From: Pseudobdellovibrionaceae bacterium
GTDB lineage: Bacteria; Bdellovibrionota; Bdellovibrionia; Bdellovibrionales; Bdellovibrionaceae
DNA length: 64,000 nt
Direction: 5' to 3'
Assembly: GCA_039810425.1 (NCBI GenBank)
Contig: JBDHWW010000002.1
Span: forward strand, 80,516 to 144,515
The translations under genes were made by a program, and so were the position numbers. Positions 60,618 to 64,000 of the stretch are shown here, in pieces (position 1 is the stretch's first letter; every line of letters begins with the position of its first letter). The notes under the pieces are model-generated. The model made no database searches. It was not told the DNA's origin and was given only the letters and a program-made list of their open reading frames with translations.

Positions 60618-61754
60618 CTAATTTGAAATTGGCAAAGACTGAATACGCGTGCGGCAATCGCTGGCTGTCATAGCCGTTCTGTTGTAGTCACCGGCGTAAG
60701 AATAGTCCGAACAGCCTTTGACCGTCGCAATTTTATTTGTGAGGTCGTAGTTATGTGTGTAAAAAACATTCGAAGCGCCACGCTGAAGTTCGCGATCGAC
60801 CGAGCTTTGTAGACGATCGTAGGTCCTGTCGTCTTGATTTTTTTCCGGAAGAATTTCAAGCTCGGTATCTGTCAAGAAGTGAGTCACGCCATTTTGGCGG
60901 ATGTAAAGCTCACTGCTATTTCCCACCAATCGGAGGCCATCGCGGTTGGCGAGAGCGGGATCCGTCGCTTTATTCATCTGGAAGATGGCATTGATGTTCG
61001 TAAAATCCGGCTTAAGAATGCCTGATCGACTTTTATAGAAGAACTGCTCTTGGCTCATGCGGCCCGCGCCGATACCCAATTCATTCGGGCGGTTTTCAAA
61101 GCCTTGGCTAATAGCGGATGAGGAAAGGCCTGAAGCAAAAATCGAGTACAAGTTATGTCCCAGGCGGATGGAACGAAGAGCACGAGAGCCGATGAAATCT
61201 CCACTAGAACTATCGCGATAGCCGGTATCATAGAATTCCACCTCTACGGTACGCACATTTTTTGGGGCGATGGTCTTGCGAAGGTTATCATAGATAGCTT
61301 GGGTGATTTCATTTCTTTTGTTTTCGTCCTTTAGAGGGCTCAATTCAGATAAAGTGCCTTTATAGGTTGGTGAGCATCTATCGTCGTAGTCAGGGAGTGT
61401 AAGCATGAGTTTAAAGCCAGGGTGCGAAATCTCGGGACGATGCTGTAGTTGACTATAGTATTTCAGCGCCGTCGAGCAAGTACCTTGAATTTGAAAGCCC
61501 TCACTGGTGTTAGACACTGAAAACGAGTGGACAAAGTTAAAGCTGTTGGCTTCGGTGCGTGAATGCTTTTCAGTGCTATTGTTAGAGTGCAAAGTGCAGA
61601 TCATACCCGCAATTGCATGGGCGGTGGTTAGTGTCAGTTGGCGAAATGCTTGGCCACAGTTATTGTTGGCGGCAGCCTGTGATTGAGAAGTGGAAAACAA
61701 GGTGAAGATGAGTGTAACAGCTACTAAAAGACGTTCCGTCTGCGATTTTTTCAT
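60618..61754 (-). CDS. Secreted hypothetical protein
   Basis: Signal peptide SQA|; SD GAGG; sigma54-like promoter upstream. Confidence 0.65.
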   Translation of the reverse strand: MKKSQTERLLVAVTLIFTLFSTSQSQAAANNNCGQAFRQLTLTTAHAIAGMICTLHSNNSTEKHSRTEANSFNFVHSFSVSNTSEGFQIQGTCSTALKYYSQLQHRPEISHPGFKLMLTLPDYDDRCSPTYKGTLSELSPLKDENKRNEITQAIYDNLRKTIAPKNVRTVEVEFYDTGYRDSSSGDFIGSRALRSIRLGHNLYSIFASGLSSSAISQGFENRPNELGIGAGRMSQEQFFYKSRSGILKPDFTNINAIFQMNKATDPALANRDGLRLVGNSSELYIRQNGVTHFLTDTELEILPEKNQDDRTYDRLQSSVDRELQRGASNVFYTHNYDLTNKIATVKGCSDYSYAGDYNRTAMTASDCRTRIQSLPISN

Positions 61755-61801
61755 ACTCTATATCCTCGAAAATGTGTTTAAGATCTCGTATCCAATGGTA
61801 T

Positions 61802-61817
61802 TGCAACAGATACGCCA
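61802..61817 (-). promoter_or_regulatory. Sigma54 promoter
   Basis: TGGCGTATCTGTTGCA. Confidence 0.65.
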
Positions 61818-61971
61818 TCCCGTCTGCCTGGGAAATGAGTTATAAGGCTTCGCCGACCCTCTTTCCCAATCGCGGTGACTTTTCTCGCAAATCAGCGACT
61901 GGGAAATGAATAGACATCTTTATGTTTGTTGGTCTTAGAAAAAGACACGGGTGAAAAAAGAACTCTATCTC

Positions 61972-62997
61972 TTATTTTTTAGGGCTGGCTTCAAGTTCTT
62001 GCAGAATTTTTTTTGCTTCGTCTATTTGTAACTGAAGTGCGCTGATTCGGTACTTTTTAAAGCTGTTCAAGCGTTTTGTAATCTGGTCGTACAATTGATT
62101 GCGTTGGATATCTTCCTCCGGCGTCCAGTCCGAATCCGACTGTTTCGCACCTGTACGGATAGTATCCATCAGCGCGAAGACACCTTCCACGCGAAACAAA
62201 GAGCCATTCACAATACTTTTTTGCGCATACAACAGAATGCCTTCATTTGCGCGTGCAACGTCAAAGTGCGGCGACTTTACTTCGATCATCAGCTTAAGCA
62301 GACCCACTTCGATCGCCACTTCTTCCGCATTGATGTAGCCTTGAGCATTTTCGAAAGTTTTGGAATACTCATTAATATATTCATCATAGTTCTCGCGCCA
62401 GTTGCGTCGAGATAAAGAATAATCGTCCATTAAAGCACCCGTTACTCTGCGGTTGTAAATGCGAAGAAAATCTTGAAATTCTTTTTGGTTTTTCGACAGC
62501 GCCAAAGTTTCACTGTGATTTTGTGTTTCAAACAAGTGATGGGCAAACTCATGAAACACAGTCCCGGGTTTTGCGTATTCTGAAATCAAAATAACGTTCT
62601 TATCACTATCGAAGTCGTTCCAAGTTACGAAAAGAGCTCCCTCTCCATTGACTTCAGCAATTTGACTTTCTAAACGTGTTTTTAAGTGCTCTGGAACTGG
62701 GGGTAAAAATTCAAATGTTCGAGATTTGCCCTTTAGATCAGGATCTGCGGATGCATCAACAGCCACTTTATAGATCAAGACATTTGATTTCCGCATTTCA
62801 TTCACGGCACCAAGCAGTGTAGGGCTCATAAGCACTTTACGTAGAGCGAGCACATCTGCTTCTCGATCATAAATGGTTTTAAAAACCGGGTTTTTTGCTG
62901 CTGCGGTGAGGGAGACCAGCACCAATAACACCGAGATTCCTGCTTTTAAAATTTGAAGGGCGATAGGACGAGCTTTAAAATGAACTGTTGTAATCAT
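61972..62997 (-). CDS. Secreted hypothetical protein with HExxH zincin-like motif
   Basis: VFHEFAHHLFE plus downstream EE; SD AGGAG. Confidence 0.6.
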   Translation of the reverse strand: MITTVHFKARPIALQILKAGISVLLVLVSLTAAAKNPVFKTIYDREADVLALRKVLMSPTLLGAVNEMRKSNVLIYKVAVDASADPDLKGKSRTFEFLPPVPEHLKTRLESQIAEVNGEGALFVTWNDFDSDKNVILISEYAKPGTVFHEFAHHLFETQNHSETLALSKNQKEFQDFLRIYNRRVTGALMDDYSLSRRNWRENYDEYINEYSKTFENAQGYINAEEVAIEVGLLKLMIEVKSPHFDVARANEGILLYAQKSIVNGSLFRVEGVFALMDTIRTGAKQSDSDWTPEEDIQRNQLYDQITKRLNSFKKYRISALQLQIDEAKKILQELEASPKK

Positions 62998-63021
62998 GGT
63001 CAGATCTCCTAAAACCTGTCT

Positions 63022-63037
63022 TGCTAGAGCTGTTCCA
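63022..63037 (-). promoter_or_regulatory. Sigma54 promoter
   Basis: TGGAACAGCTCTAGCA. Confidence 0.55.
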
Positions 63038-63446
63038 ATAATTGAGACACAGGGACGCCCTAAATTAAATTTGAAATCGATTTAAAATAAAGAGACTGAC
63101 TTTTGCCGTTACGCCGTCAAAATTTTTAACAGTTCTCAGATTCTTTGACAATCGCTCTGCTCTTTTTGTGGGTTCGACTGGCCCTTCCCCCGCCATTTTT
63201 GATAGTATGCGAACCCTCGATAGGGTGAATCTTAGAATCCTTTATAAGGTGATACAGCGGATTTGACCTGAGTTTCTAAATAATATCAATAGCTTAGAGA
63301 GGACCTCTAACAACCTTTAATTCTTAGAGTTTTTCCGTCTCAATTTGAAACGAAAAGCCGTCAAATCCTATAAACAGTGAAACGACGATGAACGCACAAT
63401 ACCTGACCGCTCACCGAACTTTTTTAAAAACCGATACTATAAGAGT

Positions 63447-63974
63447 ATGAATCAACTCTTAAAATGCCCCAATAAGAAGTGTAAGTATCACGCCCAACCC
63501 GAACGAAAAATGTTTAAGGGAAAAGGAACTCATCAACGAAACGGGAAGGAAGTTCAGCGTTATCAGTGTCGTGCCTGTGGAAGAAGTTTTTGCCAAAACT
63601 CCATAGGAGTTTCGACCTATTTTAGAAAAGATGTAGATTTAGTAAAAGATATTTTTACTCGATACACGAGTGGATACACGCTGGCGAACCTTTCAAGAGA
63701 TCTTCATATAAGTAAAAAAACTGCCCTCCGTTATCTTGAAGAACTGGCGGGACTTTGTAGGCGTTATCATCAAGCATATTTATCCCACGGATTTCTTCGA
63801 ACTCGTTTTGTATTTTTAGATGAGATGGAAACTTTTGTAATTTCTAAAAAATATCCCTACTCCATCAGTCTTGCTGTAGATACGGGATACAACCGAATAA
63901 TTTGTGCTTATACTCACGAGATAATGTCTAGCTTTTTTCTCGTCGGACTTTTAACGCAGAAGTTTAGTGCATAG
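63447..63974 (+). mobile_element. IS1-like transposase, truncated
   Basis: Zn ribbon CP...C / QRYQCRAC, HTH, start of DDE domain (LDEMETFV, LAVD), then early stop. Confidence 0.6.
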
Positions 63975-64000
63975 TTTTTTCATCCCAAAGTTTTCTGTTC

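Overview
64-kb chromosomal window from a predatory Bdellovibrionaceae-like bacterium (Bd3614-type deaminase beside an rRNA methylase, SpeD-SpeE fusion, many secreted hypotheticals, sigma54/sigma28-like promoters). Housekeeping content: RNase P RNA, YafJ-like amidotransferase, RlmK-like methylase, Fe/Mn-SOD, HPF, NADP-Icd, Gre factor, DTW protein, a short ThrRS, DgkA, Hsp20, SRPBCC/TetR/ArsR modules and KatG. The most unusual region is 3.3-22.5 kb. It holds a divergent MBOAT, a stand-alone DAHP synthase and chorismate mutase, a CmoB-like/CmoA-like double methyltransferase, two glutaminase-less asparagine-synthetase-like ATP pyrophosphatases flanked by two paralogous partner proteins, a DltC-like carrier protein and a cupin. 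An adjacent minus-strand operon encodes minor pilins, an EF-hand surface protein, an HTTM (gamma-carboxylase-like)/beta-propeller fusion, a tandem rhodanese and a degenerate SGNH-like protein. Together these may form an uncharacterised surface or macromolecule modification system. Other notable items: a candidate Thr-sensing leader peptide/attenuator upstream of an editing-less ThrRS, an alpha-dioxygenase-like lipoprotein paired with a catalase-fold protein (possible oxylipin pathway), and a 10-codon xth 5' stub that probably marks an island junction ahead of FusB-like, katG and IS1-like genes. No rRNA, tRNA or CRISPR array was recognised. All family calls come from motif recognition by eye, not database searches.
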